From Amoeboaphelidium protococcarum X5 (lineage: Eukaryota > Fungi > Aphelidiomycota), in the NCBI GenBank assembly GCA_023515725.1, contig JALDTO010000136.1:323321-387320 (forward strand): a stretch of 64,000 bases of DNA, in the 5' to 3' direction. Positions 26,403-42,079 of this stretch are shown piece after piece; position 1 is the first letter of the stretch; each line of letters starts with the position of its first letter. A program made the translations under genes and the position numbers. Below the pieces are notes generated by a model. It was not told where the DNA came from, did no database searches, and saw only the letters and a program-made list of their open reading frames with translations.

Positions 26403-28645
26403 TCAAAGCCGTTGTGGTTGTAATAAGCTAATGTAATCCATGAGTTATTTTTAGCGCATCTTTTGACAAGCTGATTTTGATTCAAGCAAAGTGGACGGTG
26501 TACAAGTGATTAAACTGTCAGAATGTTCTTTAAGCAAAGTGGACTAGGCCTGATAATTAAAACTGGCAGAAAGTACTAAAGACTATAGAGACAGCTAAGG
26601 ATGGAATACATGTTCAAACAACATCACTTTACAAAACTTAACGCGGCAAAGACTTTCGAGAAATGTTAGAGTTTAGAGCTTCTTGGCCAGGCGAAGGTAC
26701 GTTGTGGTATAAAGCATTTCAAGCACTGAGCTAGCTACGTCTTGGTACAAATTCAATGGTATTGTTATCGTAGTGCTGGAGTCCGCTTTTATATCCTGAA
26801 ATTTGGATAAATCTTCAAAGATCTCGAGGTAGACAGTGCATCTCGAAGACTCATCTTCAGACTAGTGTATCTAACGCAAGACTTCGACAACTCTTTGCAT
26901 ACCGTCTAGTTACTCAACGTGGACGTTCAATTGAAATGGAGCACCCTCTGCAATAAACTCATCATAGATACTGATCATCATCTTTTGCAATTCCATTGGC
27001 ATTTCAGCCTTGATTTTAGATCTTATCAGATTGGTCTTCAAACCAGCAACTGATCCATCGGTAGTCGTCTACATTTTCAGTTCATGAGGCGACGCATTGT
27101 CAGCAATAATTTCTCCGTGACTTTACATGGACGCATCGGCTGATACTTTAGATTCTATAATGGCAGTATTGAGTACATTAAGATTTTACGGGCCGTCTTA
27201 TTCTTGCTTATTACTAGAGTTGATGCTTTCACATGTCACTTTACCACTAATGGATGTAGTGGTAAACTACGAGTTGTCACCATCATTAGAGACGAGTAAT
27301 TTTACCAGCTGCTAACTTAGAGGCTTTTAAAACCATTCGTAAAGAACTTGCATTTATTTAACGCGAAAACTTGCATCAGTCTATTAAAGACTTTATCCAG
27401 CAGAGCTTTTACTGACTGAAGACAAGATACTGGAGATGACACTTAGCCTGTGGTAGTTTTCGCCAGCCTCCTTTGCAATGTAGCAAACTGTTTATCCTCA
27501 CCTGAAGCTGATAACTACATAATCAGCTCTTTAATCAGCAGCACATAACCTTTTTGCATCAGTTAAAAGTAGTTATCCCAGAAGAGAGTATTTTCAGAGC
27601 AGAATTCTTCAACTGCACATGCTTTTAAATTCTCGTACATATCGACAGAGGACAATACTTGCATGAATCCGCTTTTGTTGTACTCCACCTGTTTGCTGCT
27701 AGAGTAGCTAAAGTTGAATCCTTTCTTATACATCAAGTATGGTCGTAGTACAAATTCATACTGAATAATAATAAATCCAAGTAGAGCTGGATTCATAGGC
27801 AGAAAATATTTGAAGAATATTCCATATTGATCAAGGACACCGGAAAGACCAATGAAGAGATATGAAAATCCAATACCACCAACGATTATACCAACTTTGA
27901 GTCCTCTGATCATGCCATACGCGTCGTAAACGCCTCTGAGCAAGTATATTTATAGTGGTGCAATCACGAATATCACAAGAGCATTCGCAATATACATTGG
28001 TATGTAGGGATACACTCTGCCGGTAAAAGTGCAAATATCACGAGAGGAGACACTCATACTGATAAGTTCGGCAATAACGAAGCAAATCACTTGAACAAGC
28101 CAAATCCAACCAAAGAGCACGACATACTAATGTTAATTCTGATACCTCTTGTAAAGGGAGATTAGCAGCAGAGCATCATTTGGGCTCAGATCACTCAACT
28201 TGTCATTGGGTATCAAGTTGAGTCTGATAATATCGTTCAAAGAGAGATCTTTCGGCTTCACGGCATCAGCAATAGATTACTGATACTGCAGAAAATCAGC
28301 CTTAATTCTATTCAATCTGTAGTGAATAAATATTCTTACATTACCCAAAGGAATAGGCCAAATGAATGCAGCAAATCCCATATTAAACAACAAGTTTGTA
28401 GCAAAGCAGCTTATGCCCATTCCATCAGTCAGACTACCATACTCAAGACACGTCGCCAACACAATCACAGCACTACCGACACTGGAGATTAAGACGAGCT
28501 CGCCATTGCGCTTTGAAAGTTCATTACTCGAATCAATGTATGAGATTTTTGATGAAAAGCATTAAAAAAATAGCACGTCTGTCACTATCACAAATATTAC
28601 GAAAAGCACACCAAACGCGATGTAAATATCAAACGATACTCCCAT
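26403..28645 (-). pseudogene. 7TM-RGS paralogue 3 with an internal frameshift (about 27380-27490); pseudogene, sequence error or cryptic intron
   Basis: TM region and EEFCSENTLFWDNY lie in one frame; the C-terminal RGS half (YDEFIAEGAPFQLNV...VLEMLYTTTY) lies in another; the first TGA is far beyond the paralogue termini. Confidence 0.6.
26484..26571. repeat. Degenerate 48-bp tandem duplication
   Basis: AAGCAAAGTGGAC at 26484 and 26532; AAACTG(T/G)CAGAA at 26512 and 26560. Confidence 0.7.
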
Positions 28646-28911
28646 TAGGTAACCAATATATCCTGATTTCGAATGGACAAAGACCGAAATAGCTTTCAAG
28701 TTGTTACAATGAAGAATAGATTATAGTCATTTTGAATATGCAAAATGTAAAAGGTTGATGTTGAAAACAAAGTCTAAAAATAGATTGAGTTGAGTAAGAT
28801 TTAAATCAGTTCAACTAGATGCAACATTAGCATGACATAGTAAACAAAGTACGAAGAGTGATAAGCGCTTTGTTGGTAAATTATTCAATGTTATTACACT
28901 GTAGCTATTAA

Positions 28912-30453
<1,542 letters not shown>

Positions 30454-30755
30454 CGCTTCTAATCCGAAGTTTAAAATCTACTTTTGAAGTGTATATATAT
30501 ATGAGATAAAAACGAAAAGTACAGTAAGTGGTACCCGAATAAGAGAGAGTGAGAGAAAGAACGATCAGAGCGCGATCACCTGCAATGAAGTAAACAGTCT
30601 CTGACTGACTTACGATACTGCTGATTCAATTACAACATATAAACGTTGAGATTTACATCAATTCCAAGATGAATTACAGATTTTTTTATTTTAAAGAAAA
30701 ATCTCACTGAAAGGTAACACTTTTAAACCAAAAAGTCATCACTCACTCAAAGGAA

Positions 30756-32729
30756 TCACGCGATACTCATACTTTGTAGGACAGAGGTAGTCTGAAATTG
30801 CTACTTCTTCACCAATCTTGGGTAGGTGTTTGAAAACAGCATATCTAGCACGTGTGAATTGACTTCACTGTACAATCCAATGGGGATGATGATTTTGCCG
30901 TTCGCTTCAGTAATCACTTCTTCATTCATACCAATGAAGAACTGTTAATTCTGGGCAGTTTACTCGTTAGCATACATTCGAATCTACTCAATTGCCGGCG
31001 TTAATTTCGAGATTACCTCTGCAGGAACGTTCAATTGATACTATGCCGAATCAACCAGATATTCTTCAAAAGTTCTAACAAATTCACCGGCAAGTTATCT
31101 CGAGAGAGGTGCTTGCACGTTGGAATTTTTAAATGTAGCTCTCCAATTATGAGCGTGGGTTTGATCTTGCAATGGTGAGGGAAGTTCCTTGTTTATATGA
31201 CGCGATGCATTCGTGTTTGGAGAATCTCGTAATTCCATCGCACCAGCTGACGACTGCTTGTTGATAGAGCTTTACGTTGGCTGACTCTCCAATGGGATTT
31301 GCTTTGTGGATGAACCAGGATTAGAAGTCACGCCTGATAGACCACTATTGGATTTATGACTGGAGTGGATGGAGGCAACTTCATCAGATATCAGGTACTC
31401 GATCAGAGCGCGACTATACGGCTTTGAGAAGTCTGCTTTCAATTTCTGCAATCGTGACTCCAACTCTGTATGAGCCTTATCTGAAGAACCATTGGATGGC
31501 ACCTTAAAGATATTAATTGCATTCATGAACGACTAGCGCTTACTCTGCTTATCATCTTGATGAATATCTTGAACGTCTGGAGATAATCCTGTAATCTCAG
31601 ATAAGAATGCACCAATTAGGGCCAAATATGACTTTTGCATAAGGGAGAGATACTGTTCCCAAAAGTGGCTATTTTCAGAGCAAAACTCTTCTACGGTGCA
31701 CTGCTTCAACATCTCATAAGTCTCTTAATGAGCGATGCATTTCATAAAATCTTGTGGTATTGCTTTCAGATTAAAGTGTGCACGCCGCTATCTATAAACT
31801 CCCCGATTTTGAAGCAATGGCCGAACTATAATCTGTACGTGAATCACAACATCTGCAATTATGCCTATAATGTCAGCAGGTATATAACGAAGCACCACTA
31901 TATTCTTCAGAATGGGGACTTCAGTTACGATAAAGTAGTAAACGAATGCCAGACTACCTAATACAGTGAACAGCTTTAAAGACGACAAGATGTTGTAAGC
32001 ATCTTTGACATCACGGAGGAAGTACAATAGCACTGGTACCGCGACAAAGATAGACAAGCCAACCGCGGCATACAATGGCATGTAGAGGATGGTCTGATTC
32101 TGCGGAGAGCAATAATCAATCGCCACCTGATACGTGGTGCCCAGAGACAGGAAGGCAATCAGCTACAAAAGCAATCCAACGATTAAATATACACCACATC
32201 CATAGAGGTAGAGATTTTCATCAAGATAACGCTTGTAGAAAGTGATAAGTTTAAAAGCATCGTCAGGCGAAAGATGTTCCAGCTCCTTGGCGCCAATAAC
32301 ATTCAAACGCCACAGATCACTCAGTGTAATCTTGAACGGTTTAGTCAAATCATTGACCGCGGGCGAGTACTTGTGAAAGTCTGCCTTGATGCAATTAATG
32401 CGATATTAGACGAAAAGACGGACGCCACGAGATGTACATGCTGCGATAGACACCAAATAAGCAATGTTGGTCAATAATATCACGGTGATACAACTGCGAC
32501 CAATGCCAGAGATGCTGAAGGAGGTGTCGACTGCAGATATCATCACCAGAGCAGCACCACCAAGAGATGTGAGAATGCCCAATTTGCCACTTCTCTTTGA
32601 AACTTGATTATTTAACTTTTGAGTTTACTCCGCACCAAGGCAGCTTCTCCAGTACATCACACATGACAGTGCGACGAATACAGCGTAGAAGGAAGCGAAT
32701 GATATATAAAATATTCCAAGCGGATTCAT
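30756..32729 (-). CDS. 7TM-RGS protein, paralogue 4
   Basis: TM region like the other three paralogues; EEFCSENSHFWEQY, EEYLVDSAQYQLNVP, VLDMLFSNTYPR; single frame to TGA. Confidence 0.8.
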
Positions 32730-32968
32730 TTCGATATTCAGCTAATATCAGAAATTTATGAATGCAGCAGAAAATTTATTTATTTATTTGATTATTGTCG
32801 GTGAGAAGGTAAAAATAAATCACATACTGAACATGACATTCAAGATCTTCTGGCGACGTTTTAGTTAAAAATAGACGCAATAGCATAGATGTCAACAATT
32901 GAACTAATTTCATCATTCATTCAGTTCTCATAACAGATTTTACTCATCAATTCAGCTTCATTGGTATA

Positions 32969-33694
32969 TCAAATCAAAAGCATCAAGTTTATAACCAGGA
33001 TAGCAACACCGATTCCACTTAAACCAGATCCCAAAATCGTGGATGTGGCTTCAGATGAAGACGCGCTCTCGGTGTCATTTTAAGTTGCATTAATCTCAAT
33101 CGAGTGCCCTGTTCTACTATCTGCATCTACAGGCGGCACAGATGTTTCAACTTGTGGGGTGCCAGAGTCTTTACCACGAACTTTCACGGGTGTGAATGTC
33201 ATCCAACTAGTTTTCTCTTTGCCAACTATGATGCCGCGAAACTCCAGATCCCCGAGATCCTAAGTTGCAGGAGCGATCCACGTCAAGACCATTGGCAGCT
33301 TCTTCAAATTAGAATTAGCGTGACTCAAAGTACTGCCTGCTCTACCATAACTCTCACACTGCTTGTCTAGAGTTGTAAAATCTTTTTTCGCATTGAATTC
33401 AGAGTTCAGTTGAAATTAGCCAACGTGTGCATGTTGATACTTGCTAGACACAACACGAGCGTATAGCAAAATTCCCTTAAAACCAGTTTGATTGGTATTG
33501 CTGTCAACAGTAATCTCCAGCAACTGATTAGGACCATATTCAGCTTTGTGTGCACTAAGCGTGAATTCCAGCGATGCATTATCAATCCCGCCCATCCCAA
33601 CCTCCATCGAGTTGGGATCATCAAAGCAAAGGCCTGAATGCGAGCTGAACGCGCTGACACATGCCATACCAAATATCAAACAGAAAATCTTCAT
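32969..33694 (-). CDS. Secreted Reeler-domain protein, probably GPI-anchored
   Basis: Signal peptide, YGPNQLLEITV, GFKGILLYAR, HVGQF, TLSHAN, LTWIAP; S/T linker and hydrophobic C-terminus. Confidence 0.75.
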
Positions 33695-34083
33695 TATTAT
33701 GATTTGAGTTGATGATTATATATCAAAGAGTGAGTAACAAAAGTAAAGGTGTATTGATCGATTTAAGTGTGATCAATCGAAATTGGATTTCAACTGGATT
33801 GATTGCATCTCTGATCCGGTACCATTGATCAAATGGGAACTAACTGGACCAGCTACAGTACAGTACAATGCCTGAAACGATCGCAATAATCACAAATTCA
33901 CGCGAAATGAAACAAACATCATCAGAGATCAAGGAGTAACATTATTCCACAATGCTGCCGTGACTCAGAGCAAAGTGAAACGAAACAATTTCACGTTCTC
34001 AGTCGATCAGATCTTTCCTTTTCTCCTTTCAACAATGTCATTTAGCGTTCTGTGATATTGCGGTATAACTAGCACTTAGGAAC

Positions 34084-36033
34084 ATGTCTATTATCGAACC
34101 GTAGTACCCACAAGATGGTCTTTAGGAAAGTGAGCAGTCTCTGAGATTCTCATCAGCTGGTGAAGATGATAGATTTACTGATGCTGATGAAAACTACGAG
34201 TATCCTTTGAATGATTTGGCTCAAGCTGCCCATCAGGAGGACGAGTTCCAACCTCTGTCTCCAGCGAATGAAGTTGGGCCTCCTATTGCTGACGACTTGG
34301 ATGATGAAGATTATTCCGATGATAAAAGCCGTGTCAAGTACAGGAAGAGATTCAGTAATTCTGCGCCTGAGGGACTTTCATATACTCTGCTGAAATATCC
34401 TTTGCTGATCATTGTATTATCGATAATGATGTTTGAGTTGGTTCTTTACATTTTGGTGCGCTAGTACGTCAATTTACATGAGTATCTGTTCGCTTGGCGT
34501 GGTACTAAAAAGAGCTTAAGAGATTAGATGCATAATGCTGAGAATTATGAGTAATGGCGGCTGGTTGCTCGGGAGATGGACAAGTACTTGCAGTCTGATT
34601 TATGGAAAAGTGTACCAGAGTCTGCCTTTTATGACCACAGACTTATTAAGAGGATCACGCGTCTGTTGATGACTTATCGATAGAAGGTGGATCCACCGAA
34701 GCGCAATAATGTGAACAATGTTGTATAACAATTGCAAGTGTAAGATGATGGCGGACAGGCTATCAGACAATTGCAGAGAGTATTGTTGGATGGAGGCGTT
34801 AAGTCTAATCTAGGTGGTATTGAGAATTCTGCACTTTATTCAAGAAGCTACATGGGAACCAAGTATTGCATTGATGAACATGTAGAGGAGGTGGTTTAAT
34901 CTTTAAACACTGTTAAAGACAGTTCTTAATTAAGCATTGAATAGAAGTAACGCTTCTTCAAGAAATGTGATAAATCGTACGGCCGCACAGCGCTGTGCCT
35001 GTCTGGTGGTGCATGCCTCGGCTACTATCATTTGGGCGTCATCAAAGTACTGCTGGAGAATAAAATACTCCCCAAGTGTATTGCGGGAACTTCTGCTGGA
35101 TCATTAATTGCATCTTTCACCTGTGTCCGTACTGATTAAGAATTAATGGAAGAACTAACGCCAGATCTGTATCGCTTCTTTACGGCATGTGATTAGACAA
35201 TGTCTTCCATGATGAAGCGATTGCGCCGTGATGGAAGTGCATTTGACCCGTTGGTGTGGATTGAGAAGATTTAGTACATCACTAAAGGGGATACTACATT
35301 CTTGGAAGCTTATGAAATGACTGGAAGGATTCTGAATATAAGCGTCATTCCTATTGAAGAGCATTCACCCGCGAAATTGCTGAATTACAAGACAAGTCCT
35401 GATATTGTCATTTGGTCGGCCGTTCTGTGCTCTTCAGCGGTGCCTGGAATTCTTCCGCCAATGCAGTTGAAGCGGAAACTTCCTGATGGCACGATTGTCA
35501 CTTATGATGAAGAAGGTGCATTCTGGAGGGATGGATCTATACGCATTGATGTACCGATCATCGCGCTCCATCAAATGTTCCATGTCAATTACACCATTGT
35601 GAGTCAAGTCAATCCACATATTGTTCTCTTCTTCTTTGATCATCGTGGCTCGAGTGGAAGACCTACGGCGCATCGCTCCGGAAAAGGATGGCGTGGTGGA
35701 TTTCTGGCTAGTTATATGGAACACACTATCAAACTGGACCTGGTGAAGTGGTTAAGGACCATTCGTGATCTGTCTCTCCTGCCGGATGGATTCAAGTCTG
35801 TCAGGGCATTGACGTCTGTATTTTTGCAAAAGTTTGATGGATCACTCACCATCCTTCCTAGGGCGACGTGGTCAGATTATCTGCACATCCTCACTGATCC
35901 ATCTAAAGAGAGGATGGAACGCTTCTTTGATCGAGGTCAGCGTAATACTTGGCCCAAGCTGTCAATGATCAAGAATAGAATGTCGATAGAAGTGGCTATT
36001 CAGGAAGCTAGGCGTTCCGTTGAATCTAAATGA
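34084..36033 (+). CDS. Patatin-like triacylglycerol lipase (Tgl3/4/5 family)
   Basis: YGRTALCLSGGACLGYYHLG, AGTSAGS, EAYEMTGRILNISV, WRDGS, IVSQVNPH. Confidence 0.92.
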
Positions 36034-36137
36034 GTGCTTGTTAGTGATTGTTGGAAATATATGAAATTTATTCATGCAATAAAAAAGTATTTTCACAAAT
36101 TTATAATGATTGAAGTCAGGTACCATGCTGATAATCA

Positions 36138-36815
36138 TCACTATTTCTTACGTATTAAACCAAGGAGGGAGAATGAGTATCCAGATTTACTGATCAAGGT
36201 CTCTTTAATAATTACCGCAGAGGAAAGCATAAAAGATCCTCCAACACTGCCACATTTAAATGGCCCGCTTTTATTACGCCCATCCAACTGCCAGATGGTG
36301 TCAGATATGGGTACAAAAGCGACAAAATGCAGCGATATATCAGCATCAGCATCAGGTGCCTCAGTCTATCCTTCTCTCGCGTATTTATTGTGGATATTAG
36401 AGATATCTAAACTATGCTCGAATCTAGCAGCTCTTTCTGACCATGTCATGGATAAAGTTTCCTAGTGGAAGCGCTTAATCACAGACTCGTTCTAATTTTA
36501 GATTAGTTCGCTTTAATTTATCAATGTGTGCACCAAGGCTACAGTTCCACAAGCATTTCCCACAGTCTAATACATATAGTACGGAACATCTTAATCGCTG
36601 TTATTATTGGTTCCTTAACTTCGTACATCAGATGCAGGCTCTTCATCATCGCTGACATCGTACAAGAATATCAACGCACACAGATCAGCGACATCTTCAT
36701 CCAAAGTATATATATCAATCCATTCGTAACTGTCGGTCCCAGTTAAATCGCGGGTCAGCTTTGTAAAAACTTCAGGATTACTCTCAAGCGGAACCCAGTG
36801 AGTAGTAGCAGACAT
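36138..36815 (-). CDS. Ubiquitin C-terminal hydrolase (UCH-L3/Yuh1 family)
   Basis: WVPLESNPEVF, Q(TAG)TVGNACGTVALVH, LHFVAFV, WQLDGR. Confidence 0.92.
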
Positions 36816-37031
36816 GTTGTATATATCAATATTATTCAAATTGACTGAAGGATCAGTCTATGACGGAATGGATTTTAAAGTATCTTAATATTTTGAACAA
36901 TGAAAAAGGCAAGGCCAGAACTCGTCAAAATTGAATTACTTGTAGAAAAAGCATTAAATTAAAGCATTTTACAATTTAAAACATCATTACGCGTAAACAT
37001 GAAGTAATAGTCTCAACTATTATAGAGAGGA

Positions 37032-37856
37032 TCAGTCCATTCTTCGAAGTTCAGTCCTATCAGAGAATAAGTTAGGGGGTGGAATCGGCATACCATTTTC
37101 TGGAAATGTCCAGCCTTCTCTTTGTAATTGCGCCCGAACTCTTAGAGGCATGCCGGAGGAGGACCCAACAGGGCTGGTGCCGCGGGAAGATCCAGCACCC
37201 GAGGATGATCCTGCAGCATTAGTGCCCACGTTAGGAGACGGAGCACTAATGCCTTAAGAAGACCCGGAAGAACTAGCGCCCTGGGAAGATCCAGCACCAG
37301 AGGAACCGCCATTCCCTGGAAGTTGAAAATTAGGTGGTGGTATCGGGTTTCCATTTGCAGGAATTTACCATCCTTCCTGTCTCAATTTAGCCTAAAGCGC
37401 TGAAGGAATGCCTGCAGGTGGAGGATTTTCAGGAATCGTATCAGGAATTCTCATACGTCGTAACGGAACAACTCTCCCATCTCGTCTCCGATAGTGCTGG
37501 TTATAACCAGGAGGAGCAGCAGTTCCAGGCCTGGGATGTTGCCTATGTCTGCGTCGATGACGCGGCGCGGGACCTTAACTACTACTGGCGCCAGAGCTAC
37601 TACTACCTGGGCCCGACCCGTAATTGGAAGGGGCTGCAGACTAGTCCGGAAATTGTCCATTAGGAGACTTTAGACCACGGGTATTGGAAGCAGCAGATTT
37701 CTGAGGTTGAGCAGGAGGTGTAGGTTCTTTTGGTTTAGCCGGAGGAGTAGAAGCTTTTGGTTTAGCAGGAGGGGGAGTCTTTTTCTTATTAGCGTTAGAT
37801 TAAGCGACAGCCAGCGCAAGCAATGTGAGCATCAAAATCACAATCTGCAGTCTCAT
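37032..37856 (-). CDS. Secreted Pro/Ser/Gly-rich orphan protein with two GW-x-x-P-x-NG-x-PIPPPN modules
   Basis: Signal peptide MRLQIVILMLTLLALAVA; single frame to TGA; paralogue at 42080-43063. Confidence 0.75.
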
Positions 37857-38461
37857 TTGGATATTTATGGATACAGTGGTAAATTTGAGATTTTGTGACA
37901 GGAGAAGAGAACACCAGATCATCAATCAATCTTCAGGGCTACAAAGAGTACAGATTTGTACGATGTCAGAGCAGCAACTCACCAATCACTGTACAGCGTG
38001 TGACTTATCTTCAAACGCACACTCTACCATCAGCGGCATTTTTGTTTTAATCACCCATGTAGTACACACTATTGTCATACAAGGGGAATGTGATTTAATT
38101 ATTAGCCGACGCGCCCGCTTAATTTTAAAGACGATGTCGTTCATTCATTCATCCATCAATGAATATATAAATAAATTTTATTTGTAGCTATGTCACAAGA
38201 CTGATTGTCCGTCTGAGTACTCTGGGTGAGCTCCCATCAGCCGCCCTTGCAGGAAGAAGCATCTAAAGATCTTCTTGATTAAATCAGTAAGCACAATCCA
38301 CTTTCGCGAACCGGAACCTGGATAGCTCTCTTTCGCATCCAACTTGCTTCATACTACGTTCATTTTCCTTCGCTTGCCAATCCATCAATGAATCTCTTCA
38401 GCACCTCAAAACAATTGAATTTTTCTCCTTGAACTAAAATAACGCACTTGCAAGGATCATC

Positions 38462-40138
38462 ATGAGCACTTCACTCAGACGTAGAAAGACATCTAATAGT
38501 GGAAAGGGTAAGCACGCACCCAAGTAGGCTAATGGCGATTATAATAGTGGCCAGTCGGTGCCGATCCATAGCAGAATGGCACACAGCCAAGTCGCTCCAT
38601 CTCCTCTCAGTGCAGACTACCCCTTGGATTACACTGGATTCTAGAACTTGGCCCTGATTCTTCTAGTGGCATCTAATCTCAGACTGGTGATTGAAAATTA
38701 TCTCAAATATGGATTTATTGTGAGCGGGTCTAGTAGCTTGTCATCATACTTATAGATATTCTCAGAGAGTGATGTTAGTTACTGTTCGTTCATATTGGCC
38801 ATAATATTCGGTAGCGCCTATCTCACGTTGTTTATAGAGTAGACAGCTGCCCGCTTTCAGGGCTCTTACACTGGCTAGTAGTCCCGAGCAGCATCATGGA
38901 GCTGGTGGTGGATGACGCTGCACGTGCTAAATTTGAGTGCAATGTTTTGTGCATCGCTGACACTGACATACTTACACATCGATTCCCCTCTAGTTGGTAA
39001 TGTACCGTGTACGTTTGCAATGGTTACTCTGTTGAAGTGTCTGAGCTTTGTGCTTGTGAATTCTGAATTGAGAACTCTAGCTTGCCGTGGTGATGATGAG
39101 ACGAGTGTTTAGAGTGAATATGACGTCTAGTATCCGGATAACCTCACTCTGGGGAATGTTCTCTACTTTGCATGTGCACCAACTCTATGCTATCAGCCAT
39201 CGTATCCTAGATCTGCCACGATTAGGTGGTGGTTTGTCTTGAAGAGATTTGTGGAATGTTGCGTCTACCTGACTATAATGTGGGTCCTATTCGAGCAATA
39301 CTCTCGGCCTATTCTGGAGAATGCAATCAGATTGAAGACTTCCACTATACTTCATAAGCTCGGTAGTGGATCAGAGCTAGGCGCATAAAGTGGTATCAGA
39401 ACTGTACTTACTATGCTTGAACGTATTCTCAAGTTGAGTGTCCCAAGTATCATCATCTGGTTACTAATGTTCTATGTAATCTTTCATTCTTACCTCAATC
39501 TATGGGCAGAGTTGCTGAGATTTGGTGATAGGCAATTCTATCGTCCGTGGTGGAATGCTACCACTATCGCCGAGTATTGGAGATTGTGGAACATTCCTGT
39601 TTATAATTGGGTAAAAAGGCATATTGATTAACCCATGAAGGCGCGCGGATTTTCCAGGTGGGCGTCGTATCTCATTGCCTTCTTTATCAGTGCTGCGGCT
39701 CATGAGATTCTCGTCGGTGTTCCCCTCAAGGTTGGCGTTGATGCTCTGCTCGGATATAATAAGGAGCAGAAGGGTGCAATGTGGGCGTTTTGGGGCATGT
39801 TTATGCAGGTGCCTTTAATTTGGCTTACCGAGGTGGTGAAGTAGATTGAAGTTGAAGGTGTCTGGTAGTATTTTGGTTATTCCGAGCCATCATCTTAGAA
39901 TTCTTAAGTATCTCCTGTTGGTGGCAGTGCCAGAGGTAGTATTGACAGTAATATGGATTAATTGAAAGTGAATGGAGAAATGAATACAGCAGATATGGGC
40001 ATGAGAAAGCAAAAGACTTATCTGGGTAATATTATCTTCTGGCTGAGCTTCTGTGTTGTTGGTCAACCTCTGATTGTATTGTTATACTATCGCGCGTGGT
40101 ATATGCGCGAGCATCCTGAGCTATTGTAGTAATAATGA
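38462..40138 (+). CDS. DGAT1: Diacylglycerol O-acyltransferase 1 (MBOAT family)
   Basis: GFQNLALILLVASNLRLVIENYLKYG, YPDNLT, APTLCYQPSYPR, AELLRFGDRQFYRPWWNA, WNIPVYNW, FFISAAAHE, GNIIFW. Confidence 0.9.
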
Positions 40139-40499
40139 AATATTATTGATTAGCGGAAAACTATCATCTTTGTGTATAGCGCTATAAATCTATTTTTGAC
40201 ATGTATGAGAAGATCAACGATGTCAAATTTTTTTGATGCGCAACAAAATATGAAGTTTAATTGTAGTAAGTGGTCCTTCTAGCATCAAGCCGCCAGTTCA
40301 CCTGCGATCGCTCAGCAGAGGTATGATTGGCGCCAGTCCAAATCCACGCGACACGGAACTCGTGAATTTACCATGAAGTTACATCCATGCCCCGTTGATT
40401 TTAGAAATTAAGTTTACTCCTTAATCATCATCCTCCAGTCTCTTTTCCCCTAAATATCTCTAAATTAATAGAAATAGATAGTGAGCGCGTAAATAAGTA

Positions 40500-41372
40500 A
40501 TGGGTATTCTGATTGCATTTCTAATATTCGTCGTCGGTGCTAGTGCGTCAAGCTGGCCATTCATGACCGCATCTCGTGACTAAAATAGTCTAGGTCATAT
40601 CAAATAGTGGTTAGAAGGTAGTAATTGCGAATTTCTCGGTGCAAAATCTGCTTAGACATTGGATGAATTATACAATAACGTTCATCAATTGAAAACCGCT
40701 TGGGACGGTCACGCCCAATAGTTTTAAAGGATGTATCCTGATTTGGGTGGACCGGTGGAGAAGAGGGTGCATGAGCTATATTCTAAATTTAAAAGTGCAT
40801 TTTAGCCCTGGAATGGGCCGCAAGAATATTAAGTAGCTGAGTTCATTATCGATAGTGCTTGCTCCCCTCTGATTTTGAGAGATTATATTCAAAAGACCAA
40901 AGGTAGTTGGCGTCTTGGTCAGCAGTAAGAAAGCCTTGTGAGACTTGCTATTAACAAAGACGATGTACCTTCATTGGCTGTCATTGCAGAGGAGTTTCCT
41001 CAGATCTAGTTGAATGATTTTCGTTGGTCATAAGAAGCAGCTCATGAATGCAGCTCTGATGTATTTCGTGCTTTATAGAAGCATTAGAATCTGCCTAGTA
41101 TAAATTACAATCTGTAACTTTTCTAAGCTGCCAACGAATCTTAATGCGATCCCATTCTGAAATTTTTGGCCTCAAAGTTGACAAAAGAGTAGTATGATTA
41201 TATAGCGCAGCATGCCCATAATCAATTTTATACTTTGAAGAATCTGATAGTCCACTCACGCGTTATACCTGATGCGATAGTTTCCAATACTATAATGGAT
41301 TCGGAATAATTGGAGTATAATCAGATTAAGAAATTGCTCTATTTAGCCCATGTTCGTCACTCTAAGCAATGA
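40500..41372 (+). CDS. Secreted orphan helical protein, 290 aa
   Basis: Signal peptide MGILIAFLIFVVGASA; 290 codons without TGA; absent from the supplied ORF track because of many TAR codons. Confidence 0.75.
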
Positions 41373-42079
41373 TATTTCCTGCAGTATATCCTGTTGGTCG
41401 CTGCAAGATGGATTTACCAATGGGTTGAAGTTATTTGAGTCATGATGCAAGATAGCATTCTGAATTGCGAAATAGCTTAATCATAGAATTTTAGTACATT
41501 TTTACTTTACCTGATATACATTTTGAAGAAACAATAGTTTTATATTCCTGGGTGCATGAACGCTTCTGATGTTATACTCGATATTGCTGCCTCTCGAGAT
41601 GTGTCTTAGATCTAGCAACGTGCTATATACTATATTTTTACTTTAACTATATTTTATTCAGTACAGGGCAAACCATACTGTTGCATATGTATGGATTGAA
41701 TGCCTTGAAATATATATATTCCTTCACATGACATCTGTTGAGCGCAAATCTTGTGAATCTTAAGCGACAATACCATTTGCATGGTTTTCTTCTCAGTGAA
41801 CAATAAATACCCAGTTTTACGACATTACTGATTTATTCATAGTTTACATCAACAACATCAACCTATTGTTATTTATCTACAAAATAACACCAAATACGCG
41901 TGATCAGATTTCACCGAATTACACGTTCGCTTGGTAAAACGTGATTGGTGATCCGTGTACACTAATTGACACTTCCGGATGATCAGTTGACCTGTATAAC
42001 GCAGAAATGATGGGCTTTCTTTTCATTATACAAATCTTGTTTATTGTATTAACCATTGAATATATTGTATAGTAAGCAA

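Noticed and set aside
26665-26680. TAA acting as a context-dependent stop after RLAKKL in RGS paralogue 3
   Set aside because: Paralogue 4 continues with a similar sequence (KKQQFQTTSVLQSM versus KKLQTLTFLESL), so this TAA is best read as Gln.
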